NCBI GenBank assembly: GCA_046048075.1
Contig: JBJOGU010000107.1
Span: 1-41,250, forward strand
Source: Pseudomonadota bacterium
Lineage (GTDB): Bacteria > Pseudomonadota > Gammaproteobacteria > Burkholderiales > Burkholderiaceae_A
DNA length: 41,250 bases
Direction of reading: 5' to 3'
Positions 10,746 to 21,059 of the stretch are shown piece after piece. The first letter of the stretch is position 1; each line of letters opens with the position of its first letter. The notes under the pieces were generated by a model that saw only the letters and a list, made by a program, of their open reading frames with translations, ran no database searches and was not told the origin of the DNA. A program made the position numbers and the translations under genes.

Positions 10746-11100
10746 AGCCACTATTGAGCGAGGTTTTCGTGTGGCCGATCAGGTCCAGCGAGACCTTGCG
10801 GAGTTGCTTCGGCTCGAGGTGCGTGACCCACGGATTGGATTTGTGACCCTGACCGAGGTGGAGGTCTCCGCTGACTACGCCCACGCAAAAGTCTTCTACT
10901 CGGTCCTGCCCGACAGCGACGAGCAGCGCACGAAATCGGCCCAAGGCCTCTCCGCTTGCCGAGGTTTCTTGCGTGCACGGCTTGCACAGATGCTCGGCAT
11001 TCACCAGACACCGGAACTTCATTTTGTACTCGATGACTCGGTCTCCCGAGGCGCCCACCTTAGCGCACTGATTGACGAGGCGGTGGGCCGCTCGTCCTAG
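10705..11100 (+). CDS. rbfA: 30S ribosome-binding factor RbfA
   Basis: [46 protein letters not shown]. Start uncertain: best candidate is TTG 10705 with AGGAGG at 10690-10695, inside the infB 3' end. Confidence 0.9.
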   Translation: MKSSKSRKSRGPSRATIERGFRVADQVQRDLAELLRLEVRDPRIGFVTLTEVEVSADYAHAKVFYSVLPDSDEQRTKSAQGLSACRGFLRARLAQMLGIHQTPELHFVLDDSVSRGAHLSALIDEAVGRSS

Positions 11101-11119
11101 GACACCGGCTCGGCAATCC

Positions 11120-12031
11120 ATGACTTCCAGACGACGCGTCGACGGCTTGTTGGTGCTCGACAAGCCAAGGGGCCCTTCCTCCACTCAGGTTCTTGGTTAC
11201 GTCAAACGCTTGTTCCGTGCCAGTAAAGCTGGGCACGCAGGAACCCTCGACCCACTCGCATCGGGTCTTCTGCCGGTGATGTTTGGCGAGGCGACCAAGT
11301 TTGCACAGCAGGGATTGGAGTCCGATAAGTCGTATTTGGCAGAGATTGAATTGGGCATCAATACGGACTCCGGGGACTCCGAGGGAGAGGTGCTTTCGCG
11401 GCAATCGGTCTCTGTCTCACGCGAGCAGGTCCAGGACGTTGTTGCGTCCATGGTGGGTCCTCAGTTGCAGGTTCCACCGATGCACTCGGCACTCAAGCAC
11501 CAGGGCAAGCCCCTCTACGCCTACGCACGGGTAGGCGAGGAGGTCCATCGGTCGGGCCGCAGGATTGAGATTCACAGCATCGCCCTTATTGGCATGGAGG
11601 GGACTCGAATTCAGGTCCAGCTTCGATGCTCGAAAGGCACCTACGTTCGAGTCATTGCCCAGGAGATTGGAAGTCGACTCGGCTGTGGTGCCTATCTGGC
11701 GGGGCTGCGCCGCAATGGGCTGGGCCCGCTTGGTGATGAAGATGCGGTATCGCTCGAGAGGCTCGAGGCCCTGGCCAAGGACGACCCCACGGGCATCGAT
11801 CGAGTGCTACTGCCGGTCGATCACCTCATTCGAGATTGGCCCACAGTGACGCTGGGTCACGTCCAACTCGATTCTTTTCTGCACGGCCAGGTGGTCAGTA
11901 TTCCGCCGGCGCCGGGTCATTCGATCCAAGATCGGGTTCGGGTGATCGATGGCTCTGGCAGGTTTTTTGGGACAGGCAGTTGGGTGGGGGGACAGCTGTC
12001 GCCGACCCGATTGCTGGCCCAGCATAGTTAA
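11120..12031 (+). CDS. truB: tRNA pseudouridine(55) synthase TruB
   Basis: DGLLVLDKP, KAGHAGTLDPLASG, QVPPMHSALK, CSKGTYVR. Start taken at ATG 11120. Confidence 0.95.
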   Translation: MTSRRRVDGLLVLDKPRGPSSTQVLGYVKRLFRASKAGHAGTLDPLASGLLPVMFGEATKFAQQGLESDKSYLAEIELGINTDSGDSEGEVLSRQSVSVSREQVQDVVASMVGPQLQVPPMHSALKHQGKPLYAYARVGEEVHRSGRRIEIHSIALIGMEGTRIQVQLRCSKGTYVRVIAQEIGSRLGCGAYLAGLRRNGLGPLGDEDAVSLERLEALAKDDPTGIDRVLLPVDHLIRDWPTVTLGHVQLDSFLHGQVVSIPPAPGHSIQDRVRVIDGSGRFFGTGSWVGGQLSPTRLLAQHS

Positions 12032-12049
12032 ATCCCAAGGAGAAGTTTT

Positions 12050-13870
12050 ATGCGCCAACTGCGCAATATCGCAATCATCGCCCACGTCGACCATGGCAAG
12101 ACCACCCTGGTGGACAAGCTACTTCAGCAGTCAGGCACCTTTCGTTCCAATCAGGCGGTGTCTGAGCGGGTCATGGACTCCAACGACCTCGAGAAGGAAC
12201 GTGGAATCACCATTCTTGCTAAGAATTGTGCAGTCGAGTTCGAGGGCACGCATATCAATATCGTTGACACGCCGGGGCATGCGGATTTTGGCGGCGAGGT
12301 GGAACGGGTCCTGTCAATGGTCGATAGCGTTCTTTTGCTGGTCGACGCAGTAGAGGGGCCAATGCCTCAGACCCGATTCGTGACACGCAAGGCACTGGCC
12401 CAAGGCCTCAAGCCCATTGTGGTGGTCAACAAGGTGGACCGCCCGGGTGCCCGACCCGATTGGGTGGTGAGCCAGACCTTCGATCTCTTTGACAAGCTCG
12501 GCGCCACCGAAGAGCAGCTCGATTTTCCGGTGGTCTACGCCTCTGCATTGCAGGGCTTTGCCACCTTGAACCATTCCCAGCCCGGCACGGACATGCGCCC
12601 GCTTTTTGAAGCCATTCTCCAGTACGTGCCAATCCGCGATGACGATGAGAATGGTCCGCTTCGGCTTCAGATCTGCTCCCTCGATTACTCCAGTTATGTT
12701 GGAAAGATTGGCATTGGTCGGGTCGCCCGAGGCCGGCTCAAGCCGCTTCAGGACGTCGTGATCGTGGATGGCCCCGAGGGAACACCACGCAAGGCACGGA
12801 TCAATCAGGTCTTGAAGTTTCGCGGCCTAGAACGTGAGGTGGTCGACGAGGCCCTGGCGGGCGACATCGTGCTCATCAATGGCATTGAGGATCTCAATAT
12901 TGGCACCACGGTCTGTGACCCTGCCAATGTCGATGCCTTCCCCATGTTGAAGGTGGATGAGCCGACGCTATCGATGAACTTCATGGTGAATAACTCACCC
13001 TTGGCGGGTCGTGAGGGGAAATTTGTAACCAGCCGTCAGATTCGAGAGCGACTGGAGCGAGAGTTAAAAAGCAATGTCGCCCTGCGCGTTGAGTTCGGTT
13101 CGGACACTGACACATTCAAGGTCTCGGGCCGGGGGGAGCTTCACTTAACAATCCTCCTTGAGAACATGCGTCGCGAAGGCTATGAGTTGGCCGTTTCTCG
13201 CCCCCGCGTGGTCTTCAAAGACAGCGAGGGCGGTGAGCGTCTCGAACCCTATGAGATGCTCACCATCGATGTGGAGCAGGAGCACCAGGGCCCGATTATG
13301 GAAAACCTGGGGCTACGCAAGGGCGATCTGCTCGATATGGTTCCGGATGACAAGGGGCGTGTGCGACTGGAGTACCGCATTCCTGCACGAGGACTCATTG
13401 GTTTTCAAGGGGAGTTCCTCACACTCACTCGCGGCACGGGCCTGATGAGCCATATTTTTGATGCCTACGGGCCGTACAAGGGCGAACTTGCCGAGCGTCG
13501 CAACGGCGTGCTGATCTCTCAAGACGATGGTGAGGCTGTAGCCTATGCGCTTTGGAAGCTTCAGGAGCGGGGTCGCATGTTCGTCTCGCCCGGTGAGAAG
13601 CTTTATGAGGGAATGATTATTGGCATTCACAGCCGAGACAACGACTTGGTGGTCAATCCGGTGAGGGAGAAGAAACTCACCAATGTTCGGGCCTCCGGCA
13701 AGGATGAGCACATCGACCTCACCACTCCGATTGAACTCACCTTAGAGAAGGCGGTTGAATTCATTGCGGAAGACGAACTGGTTGAGATCACCCCACAGAG
13801 TATTCGTCTTCGCAAACGGCACCTGGTCGAGCACGAGCGCCGAAAGGCAGCGCGTGAGGAGGCCGCTTGA
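12050..13870 (+). CDS. typA: Translational GTPase TypA/BipA
   Basis: 606 aa. [48 protein letters not shown]. Confidence 0.97.
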   Translation: MRQLRNIAIIAHVDHGKTTLVDKLLQQSGTFRSNQAVSERVMDSNDLEKERGITILAKNCAVEFEGTHINIVDTPGHADFGGEVERVLSMVDSVLLLVDAVEGPMPQTRFVTRKALAQGLKPIVVVNKVDRPGARPDWVVSQTFDLFDKLGATEEQLDFPVVYASALQGFATLNHSQPGTDMRPLFEAILQYVPIRDDDENGPLRLQICSLDYSSYVGKIGIGRVARGRLKPLQDVVIVDGPEGTPRKARINQVLKFRGLEREVVDEALAGDIVLINGIEDLNIGTTVCDPANVDAFPMLKVDEPTLSMNFMVNNSPLAGREGKFVTSRQIRERLERELKSNVALRVEFGSDTDTFKVSGRGELHLTILLENMRREGYELAVSRPRVVFKDSEGGERLEPYEMLTIDVEQEHQGPIMENLGLRKGDLLDMVPDDKGRVRLEYRIPARGLIGFQGEFLTLTRGTGLMSHIFDAYGPYKGELAERRNGVLISQDDGEAVAYALWKLQERGRMFVSPGEKLYEGMIIGIHSRDNDLVVNPVREKKLTNVRASGKDEHIDLTTPIELTLEKAVEFIAEDELVEITPQSIRLRKRHLVEHERRKAAREEAA

Positions 13871-13916
13871 TCAACGAGGCGTTGTCTCTAACTCGGTCGA
13901 TCGTCCAGATCGTGCA

Positions 13917-15092
13917 ATGAGCGCCGCCTTGGCAGACCTCTCAGGCCGGGCCCTCAACACTCGCCCGTTTTATGTCATGGAGCTCATGGCCCGCGCCCAT
14001 GGTTTTCGAGCAAAGGGCGGAGAAGTGGTGAGCATGGTGGTCGGCGAACCCGACTTTCCCACCCCGGAACCGATTCTTGTCGCTGCCCGCAAGCACCTTG
14101 AGGGGGGTCGCATTCACTACACAGATGCGCTTGGTCTTTTGTCTCTTCGTGAGGCGATTGCCAGAGACTATGCCCACCGAGATCAACTCGATATCGATCC
14201 CGCGAGGGTCATGGTGACGGCCGGTGCCTCCGGGGCTTTGCTGCTCTGCTTCGCAGCCATGCTTAATCCCGGTGACGAGGTCTTGATTCTTGACCCCGGT
14301 TACCCGTGTAACCGAGAGTTTGTCTCGATGGTCAATGCCATCCCCCGAAGCCTGCCGGTGAGTGCCAAGACAAACTTTCAGCCGACTCTTGAACAGATTC
14401 AGCAGGCGTGGGGCCCCAAGACCAGGGCATTGCTCCTGGCCTCTCCCGCCAATCCCACCGGCTGTGCGCTCGACCCCACCATGGCGGCGAAGATTCATGA
14501 CTTCATTGCATCCAAGGGCGGTTGGTTTGTGGCCGATGAGATCTATCTGCGCCTTCATTTCAGTGGTGGTGCACGCTCCTTTCTCGGTCTCGGTGATCGG
14601 GTGATCTCGATCAACAGCTTCTCAAAGACCTACTCCATGACTGGCTGGCGGCTGGGCTGGATGGTTGCGCCCATTGACTGGATGCCTGCGTTGGAACGTC
14701 TCTCACAGAATCTATTTATTTCCGCATCGGGGCTCGCTCAGCAAGCCGCACTCGAGGCGTTTCATTCAGAGACCTTCGCAATCGTCGAGGGCTATCGGAA
14801 GCGCTATGCAGAGCATGCAGCGTTTCTGTTGCCACGGCTCAAGGCGCTGGGACTTGGAATTCCGGCCCAGCCAGCCGGTGCCTTCTACGCATACTGCGAT
14901 GTATCGCCTCTGGTCAACGACAGCTATGCATTCTGTCTAGAACTCTGCGACACGATGGGTGTGTTGCTCGCGCCCGGGCGAGACTTCAGCGACGTCGACG
15001 CGCACAAGTCTGTACGGGTCTCTTTCCCCAAACCAATCGCGGTCTTGGAGGAGGGCCTTGATCGAATGGAGCGTTACTTCTTGGGCCGGTAG
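13917..15092 (+). CDS. PLP-dependent aminotransferase class I/II
   Basis: VGEPDFPTP, SPANPTG, ADEIY and INSFSKTYSMTGWRLGW (PLP Lys). Start chosen at ATG 13917 because the upstream extension overlaps typA. Confidence 0.9.
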   Translation: MSAALADLSGRALNTRPFYVMELMARAHGFRAKGGEVVSMVVGEPDFPTPEPILVAARKHLEGGRIHYTDALGLLSLREAIARDYAHRDQLDIDPARVMVTAGASGALLLCFAAMLNPGDEVLILDPGYPCNREFVSMVNAIPRSLPVSAKTNFQPTLEQIQQAWGPKTRALLLASPANPTGCALDPTMAAKIHDFIASKGGWFVADEIYLRLHFSGGARSFLGLGDRVISINSFSKTYSMTGWRLGWMVAPIDWMPALERLSQNLFISASGLAQQAALEAFHSETFAIVEGYRKRYAEHAAFLLPRLKALGLGIPAQPAGAFYAYCDVSPLVNDSYAFCLELCDTMGVLLAPGRDFSDVDAHKSVRVSFPKPIAVLEEGLDRMERYFLGR

Positions 15093-15655
15093 GCCTTGCA
15101 GATGGACTCATCGACCTGAAGGCTCGGCCCGCCAATGAGTTCCATTCCATAAGGCACAGCGGCAAAGATGCCCGGCACCCGAACCTCGCCCGTCTCGGTG
15201 CGAAGGCCCTCGAGGGTCTCCTGAATGGCACGCGGCCGGCCGGGAAGATTAATGATGAGGCAAGTGCCCCGTATCACAGCCACCTGACGAGAGAGGATGG
15301 CGGTGGGGACAAACTGCAGCGATATCTGCCTCATCTGTTCGCCAAAGCCTGGCAAGTCCCTGTCGGCGACTGCCAGTGTGGCCTCTGGAGTGACATCTCG
15401 CTTGGCTGGGCCCGTGCCACCTGTGGTCAGGACCAGGTCACATCCCTCTTGGTCGACGAGTTCAATAAGTGTGGCCGAGATGACCGACTCTTCGTCGGGG
15501 ATCAGTCTCTCGAGGGGGGTCCAAGGGCTGGTTAGTGCTTTGGAGAGCCACTGCTTCAGACTGGGCAGGCCTTCATCCGGATATACGCCGGCACTGGCCC
15601 GATCGCTGATGGATACCAAACCAATCTTAGCCATTCGAGTGTCATCATGCTTCAT
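15074..15655 (-). CDS. mog: Molybdopterin adenylyltransferase Mog
   Basis: IGLVSISDRASAGVY.D, LTTGGTGPAKRDVTPEAT, PGFGEQMRQISL, INLPG. Start chosen at ATG 15655. Confidence 0.93.
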   Translation of the reverse strand: MKHDDTRMAKIGLVSISDRASAGVYPDEGLPSLKQWLSKALTSPWTPLERLIPDEESVISATLIELVDQEGCDLVLTTGGTGPAKRDVTPEATLAVADRDLPGFGEQMRQISLQFVPTAILSRQVAVIRGTCLIINLPGRPRAIQETLEGLRTETGEVRVPGIFAAVPYGMELIGGPSLQVDESICKAYRPKK

Positions 15656-15671
15656 GGCACTATTGTGACCC

Positions 15672-17036
15672 ATGCAATCCAAAGACTCCCAAACCTTCTT
15701 CTATAGCCCCGAATCTCTTCGGGACATGTCCCACCAACTCCTGGATATCGCCAGCGAACTCGGCGCCACCGACGCAAGCGCCGAGGTCTCAGAGCAGTCT
15801 GGATTGAGCGTTTCGGTTCGAATGGGGCAGCTCGAGACGATCGAGCGAACCCGCGACCGCGGTGCCGCCGTGACGGTCTACAAAGGCCATCGTCGTGGCC
15901 ATGCATCGACCTCGGATCTCTCGGAGCCTGCGCTGCGCGCGACTGTTCAGCGCGCGCTTGATATTGCACATTACACGGCAGAGGACCCACATTCCGGACT
16001 TCCCGAGGATGCGGACATTGCCCGAGAGATGCGGGATTTGTCGCTGTTTCATCCTTGGTCGATCACCGCCGATGCAGCAGCTCGACTCGCTCTAGAAGCC
16101 GAGGCCGCCGCATTGTCGGTCAGTCCCCTCATTCAAAACAGCGAAGGCGCCTCGGTCGCGGCCAGCCATGGGCAGTTCCACTCTGCGAATTCTCGTGGCT
16201 TTTCAGGGGGCTACCCATACAGTCGCCATTGGCTCAATGTGGCCCCCATTGCAGGATCGGGCGAGGCCATGCAACGCGATGACTGGTACACCACGAGCCG
16301 GGTCGCCACGGAGTTGTTACCTCCCAAGGCAGTGGGTCGCTATGCCGCCGAGCGTGCGCTCTCGCGGCTTGGTGCCCGGCGTATTCCCACTGGCGAGTAT
16401 CCGGTGATCTTCGAGGCACCACTGGCCGTTGGCCTGATGGGCTCTCTGGTTCATGCGCTCTCAGGAAGTGCCCTCTATCGAAAGGCGAGCTTCCTCAATG
16501 ACAGCATGGGTCAATCTGTCTTCCCCGATGGGCTTGAGCTCATGGAGGATCCTTATGTTTTACGCGCCGCGGGGAGTGCACCATTCGACGATGAAGGCGT
16601 TCGGGTGCAGGCCAGGCGCGTTATTGCCAATGGGCGTGTCGAGGGCTATTTCCTGTCCACGTACACCGCGCGCAAGCTGGGCATGCGGACCACGGGCAAT
16701 TCGGGAGGGGCGCACAATCTGCGCTGGACCTTGAATCAGTCCAATGGTGCTGCTGGCTCGCTCGCCGAACTCATTCGCCTAATGGGGCGCGGACTCTTGG
16801 TTACAGAGCTCATGGGGCAGGGTGTCAACGGTCTCACCGGGGACTATTCTCGAGGTGCTTTTGGCTATTGGGTCGAGAACGGAGAGATTCAGTATCCGGT
16901 CGAGGAGATCACGATTGCTGGCAACCTCAAGCAGATGTACAAGGGAATGGTTGCCATCGGGGGGGATGAGATCAACCGCGGAACCAAGACCTCGGGGTCG
17001 GTGTTGATCGACCGCATGATGATCGCAGGCAGTTAA
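15672..17036 (+). CDS. pmbA: Metalloprotease modulator PmbA (TldE)
   Basis: 454 aa. SAPFDDEGV, MGQGVN.LTGDYSRGA.GYWVENGEIQYPVEEITIAGNL. No HExxGH motif, so PmbA rather than TldD. Confidence 0.93.
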   Translation: MQSKDSQTFFYSPESLRDMSHQLLDIASELGATDASAEVSEQSGLSVSVRMGQLETIERTRDRGAAVTVYKGHRRGHASTSDLSEPALRATVQRALDIAHYTAEDPHSGLPEDADIAREMRDLSLFHPWSITADAAARLALEAEAAALSVSPLIQNSEGASVAASHGQFHSANSRGFSGGYPYSRHWLNVAPIAGSGEAMQRDDWYTTSRVATELLPPKAVGRYAAERALSRLGARRIPTGEYPVIFEAPLAVGLMGSLVHALSGSALYRKASFLNDSMGQSVFPDGLELMEDPYVLRAAGSAPFDDEGVRVQARRVIANGRVEGYFLSTYTARKLGMRTTGNSGGAHNLRWTLNQSNGAAGSLAELIRLMGRGLLVTELMGQGVNGLTGDYSRGAFGYWVENGEIQYPVEEITIAGNLKQMYKGMVAIGGDEINRGTKTSGSVLIDRMMIAGS

Positions 17037-17042
17037 GGCCCT

Positions 17043-19262
17043 TTACATAGCTGGGCTCGCCCCTGCATTCTTGGTTCGGCGCGTGGCGCGATGAACGGTG
17101 TTGTTTCGGCGAACTCTTCTTAGAACGTCGGCAAGGTGGAGCCGGTTCTTGACCTCAATTGCCACCGCCAAGGTGGCGAGCCCCCCCGTGTGGGGTTCGA
17201 TGGAAATATCAACAATATTGGCCTGGCATGCGGATATCGCGGCAGCGACCTTGGCCAATACGCCGGGCTCATCGTTGACTTCGATATCGAGTTGGGTTTG
17301 AAAGACCCGAAAGAGGGGGTCACCCCAAAGAACATCCGCCCAGCGCGCCGCATCTTTGCTGCGTTGCCTGCGTGCCATGGGGCAGCTGGCGCGGTGAACA
17401 AGCAGGCCAGCACCTCCTCGCATGAATCCCCAGGCGTTGTCTCCCGCGATCGGGAAACAACAATTCGCGTATTGAACCGCGGTGCCCTCGGAGCCGTTGA
17501 TACTGATTCCAATATCGGACTGCGTGAGATGCTCGATGGAGAGACGCAGTGCCGCCTGTGCGTAGGGATTGAGTTGTTTCGCCAACAGCGCACTGCCATC
17601 AATGGGAGCAAGCCGCCTTGCGGCCACATTGGCCAGCATGTGTCCGAGGCCGATGGCCTCGAATACGCCTTCGCGATCGTTGGCGGTGGCCTCGGCAAAG
17701 AGTTGCGACCAATTCAAATTGGGGTCATCAACTCCCACGAGCCCTACGCCTTTAAGGGCAGAATCGAGCAGACGGCGCCCAAATGAGATGGCTTTCTCGC
17801 GGGTGTGATTCTTCAGGCTGTGTCGAATCTCGGCCCTGGCCTTGGCTGTCTTGACGAATCCCAGCCAGCCCGGATGCGGATTGGCTTCAGGCCGTGTCTC
17901 TATCCGCACGACATCGCCGTTTCGCAACTCAGTGTCGAGAGGCTTGCTCTGTCCATTGACCGAGGCGGCAACACAACGGTTGCCCACGTCGGTGTGAACC
18001 ATGTAAGCGAAGTCAACCGGGGTGGCGCCACGAGGCAGCTCTCGGATCTCTCCCTTCGGGGTGAAGATGTAGACCACATCAGGGAAGAGATCGATCTTCA
18101 CATGGTCAATGAGTTCATTGGCTTCGCTACCGCGCGTCTGAAGCAGGGATTGCATCCACTCATGCGCCTTCTGCTGCAGGGGCGTTACGGCACTGTCGTG
18201 TTCTTTGTAGAGCCAGTGGGCCGCGACGCCAGCCTCGGCGACCCGGTGCATTTCCTGAGTTCGAATCTGAAACTCGATGGGGGTGCCATAGGGGCCAATC
18301 ACAACGGTATGCAGCGATTGATACCCGTTGGACTTTGGCAGGGCGATGTAATCCTTGAACCTTCCCGGGGAAGGCTTGAAAAGCGCGTGAAGGGCGCCGA
18401 GCGCCAAGTAACAATCCGATAGCTTCGGCACCAAGATGCGAAAGCCATAAATGTCCAAGACCTCAGCAAAGCTCAGTCGCTTCTCTCGCATCTTTCTGTA
18501 GATTGAGAAGAGGCTCTTCTCCCTGCCCGATACATGGGCCTCGATACCGAACCGAGGCAGTTGCTCGGTCACGGACTGTTCGAGACGTCCGATGATCTCC
18601 TTGCGGTTGCCTCTTGCGGCCATGAGAGACTGAGACAGCACCCGGTAACGCTTGGGGAAGAGGCCCTCGAAGCAGAGGTCTTCGAACTCTCGAAAGACTT
18701 CGTTAAGGCCGAGTCGATGGGCAATGGGGGCGTAGATGTCGAGGGTCTCTTTGGCGACCCGTTCGCGCTTCTCACGACTGACCCCCTCGAGGGTTCGCAT
18801 GTTGTGCAGGCGATCGGCGAGCTTGATGAGTATGACCCGGACATCGTCGGCCATGGCCATGAACATCTTGCGAAAGTTTTCGGCCTGCGCATCTTCGCGG
18901 CTTTGAAATTGAAGCTTGTCGAGCTTGGTGAGGCCGCTGACAAGCGAGGCCACGCTGGGTCCAAATCGCTCAGCTATTTCTTGGGCGCTCACCCCACAAT
19001 CCTCTACCGTGTCATGGAGCAAGGCGGCCATGAGCGCTTCGGCATCGAGCTTCCAGTTGCTACAAACTTCGGCAACGGCCAGGGGGTGGGTAATGTAAGG
19101 CTCGCCCGACTGACGAGACTGGCCCAGGTGGGCCTGATCGGCGAAGCGAAAGGCTTCGGTTAGCCTGCCTGCTTCGGAGGCGGGCAGGTAGGCGACCCGC
19201 TCGAGGAGCTGCCCAACCGAGATAACCGCATTCGGACCAGAGGCAACGGCGTCGCGATGCAT
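17043..19262 (-). CDS. spoT: Bifunctional (p)ppGpp synthetase/hydrolase SpoT
   Basis: 739 aa. HD domain (GEPYITHP, LLHDTVED, KLADRLHNMRT), synthetase RFKDY and YQSLHT, TGS and ACT domains. Follows rpoZ. Confidence 0.95.
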   Translation of the reverse strand: MHRDAVASGPNAVISVGQLLERVAYLPASEAGRLTEAFRFADQAHLGQSRQSGEPYITHPLAVAEVCSNWKLDAEALMAALLHDTVEDCGVSAQEIAERFGPSVASLVSGLTKLDKLQFQSREDAQAENFRKMFMAMADDVRVILIKLADRLHNMRTLEGVSREKRERVAKETLDIYAPIAHRLGLNEVFREFEDLCFEGLFPKRYRVLSQSLMAARGNRKEIIGRLEQSVTEQLPRFGIEAHVSGREKSLFSIYRKMREKRLSFAEVLDIYGFRILVPKLSDCYLALGALHALFKPSPGRFKDYIALPKSNGYQSLHTVVIGPYGTPIEFQIRTQEMHRVAEAGVAAHWLYKEHDSAVTPLQQKAHEWMQSLLQTRGSEANELIDHVKIDLFPDVVYIFTPKGEIRELPRGATPVDFAYMVHTDVGNRCVAASVNGQSKPLDTELRNGDVVRIETRPEANPHPGWLGFVKTAKARAEIRHSLKNHTREKAISFGRRLLDSALKGVGLVGVDDPNLNWSQLFAEATANDREGVFEAIGLGHMLANVAARRLAPIDGSALLAKQLNPYAQAALRLSIEHLTQSDIGISINGSEGTAVQYANCCFPIAGDNAWGFMRGGAGLLVHRASCPMARRQRSKDAARWADVLWGDPLFRVFQTQLDIEVNDEPGVLAKVAAAISACQANIVDISIEPHTGGLATLAVAIEVKNRLHLADVLRRVRRNNTVHRATRRTKNAGASPAM

Positions 19263-19283
19263 GGCCGCTGGTTCAACTGTTTC

Positions 19284-19487
19284 TTAGATCGGCACCTTGC
19301 GAAGCATTTCGCGGCCGGTGGCTCCAGCGGCGATTTCCCGCAAGGCGGTGACGGTGGGCTTGTCTCGGGATTCGACTTTGGGCGTGGAGCCCTGGGCCAG
19401 CTGACGGGCTCGGTAGGCGGCAGCCAAGGCCAACTCGAATCGGTTAGGGATTCGGTCGAGACAATCTTCTACGGTAATTCTTGCCAT
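19284..19487 (-). CDS. rpoZ: RNA polymerase subunit omega
   Basis: [10 protein letters not shown]...[16 protein letters not shown]...[12 protein letters not shown]. Start ATG 19487. Confidence 0.96.
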   Translation of the reverse strand: MARITVEDCLDRIPNRFELALAAAYRARQLAQGSTPKVESRDKPTVTALREIAAGATGREMLRKVPI

Positions 19488-19500
19488 GGATCTCGGATTC

Positions 19501-20097
19501 TCAAACGGATTGGACGGACTGGGAAATACGTCGGCGAATAATGTCAGACAACTCGCGCAACGCATCGCTAAACTCTTGATTCATAATAACATGATCGAAC
19601 TCACCAGCATGTGACAACTCCTCTTCGGCAGCCAAGAGCCGAGCGGAAATCACGGCCTCCGAATCCTGTCCCCGGGATCTCAGTCGTCGCTCCAACTCGG
19701 AAAGAGAGGGCGGTTCGATAAAGATGCTGAGAATCTGCCGAGGCGAAAATTTTTCTCGGACCTGCCGGGCACCCTGCCAGTCAATTTCAAGAATGACCCT
19801 CTCTCCCTTGGCGAGTCCTCTGGAGATCGCTTCAGAGGATGTGCCATAGAAGTTTTTATGGACTTCGGCCCACTCGAGAAACGTGCCCTTCGCCACCTCC
19901 TGCTTGAACTCCGCTTCTGAACAAAAAAAGTATTCGCGGCCATTGACCTCTCCAGGGCGTGGGGTGCGGGTTGTGGTGGAGACCGAGAGTGTCAGGCCCA
20001 GCCCAGAGTCTTGGAGGAGTGCGCGAACCAGGCTCGTCTTTCCCGCTCCCGAGGGGGCGGAGACAATAATCAGAAGTCCGTCAGACGCATCGGGCAT
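19501..20097 (-). CDS. gmk: Guanylate kinase
   Basis: [12 protein letters not shown]-loop, [28 protein letters not shown]. Confidence 0.96.
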   Translation of the reverse strand: MPDASDGLLIIVSAPSGAGKTSLVRALLQDSGLGLTLSVSTTTRTPRPGEVNGREYFFCSEAEFKQEVAKGTFLEWAEVHKNFYGTSSEAISRGLAKGERVILEIDWQGARQVREKFSPRQILSIFIEPPSLSELERRLRSRGQDSEAVISARLLAAEEELSHAGEFDHVIMNQEFSDALRELSDIIRRRISQSVQSV

Positions 20098-20103
20098 TTT
20101 TAT

Positions 20104-21006
20104 CTACTGAATGTTTTGAACCTGCTCACGAATCTGCTCGATGAGAAGCTTCATCTCCATGGTCAGTTGGGTCAACTCTAGACCAGCGGATTTGCTCCCG
20201 ATCGTATTTGCCTCGCGATGCATTTCTTGGGTGAGAAAGTCGAGCCGCTTTCCAAGTGTGTCGCCTTCTGGGGAACGCAGACAGCGGGCCATCTCTTGCA
20301 CATGAACCTGGAGCCGGTCGATCTCTTCGGCAACGTCCGATCGAATTGACGCAGCATGGGCCTCCTGTCGGATTCGTTCCATCAGCATACCTTCACGTTC
20401 TGAGTCACCAATCCCCTCAAATGCCTCGGTGAGTCGAGCTCGCATGCGCTCCGAGAGTTGTCGAATCGACTCCGGCACCAGCCCACCGGCTCGGGCGGTG
20501 AGGCCTTTTAGTTGCTCGAGTCGATCCAGAATCTGCACCTTTAGTTTCTGGCCCTCGCGCTGTCTTGATTCAATGAGCGAGGCAATCGCTTTTCTGCAGA
20601 GTCGGTCGATGACCGCAAGGATGGCCTCGGCATCCGATTCATTTTCGATGAGCACACCCGGCCAACGAAGCAGTTCTGCGGTGGTCCAGGGTCCGGGGGG
20701 CTGACGACTCAGGCTGCGCAACTCGTCGCCCGCAGTCATTAGTTGGGTGGCAAGCGCCCGATTGATTTTGAGTTCTGGGTTCGTTGCGTGGCTGCGGCTT
20801 ACTTGGAGTCTGCACTCCACTTTTCCCCGACGAAGGGCCTGCGCGCAATGCTCCCTGAGTTGGACCTCAAAGCCTCGTAATTCCTCCGCCATTCGGGACG
20901 AGTACTCAAAAAAGCGGCTATTGACGCTTCTAATTTCAATCTGGATAAGTCCAATTGGCGCCTGTTCCGAGGCGGTGCCAAAGCCAGTCATGCTCTGTAT
21001 GGTCAT
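20104..21006 (-). CDS. yicC: YicC/YloC-family endoribonuclease
   Basis: SMTGFG, EIRSVN.RF, RGKVEC, GKRLDFLTQEMHREANTIGSKS, IEQIREQVQNIQ. Start ATG 21006 (alternative TTG 21012). Confidence 0.92.
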   Translation of the reverse strand: MTIQSMTGFGTASEQAPIGLIQIEIRSVNSRFFEYSSRMAEELRGFEVQLREHCAQALRRGKVECRLQVSRSHATNPELKINRALATQLMTAGDELRSLSRQPPGPWTTAELLRWPGVLIENESDAEAILAVIDRLCRKAIASLIESRQREGQKLKVQILDRLEQLKGLTARAGGLVPESIRQLSERMRARLTEAFEGIGDSEREGMLMERIRQEAHAASIRSDVAEEIDRLQVHVQEMARCLRSPEGDTLGKRLDFLTQEMHREANTIGSKSAGLELTQLTMEMKLLIEQIREQVQNIQ

Positions 21007-21059
21007 AGCCAATGTATTGTACGGGCTCTGAATAGACAGATCTCAAAGAGGAGACCCGA

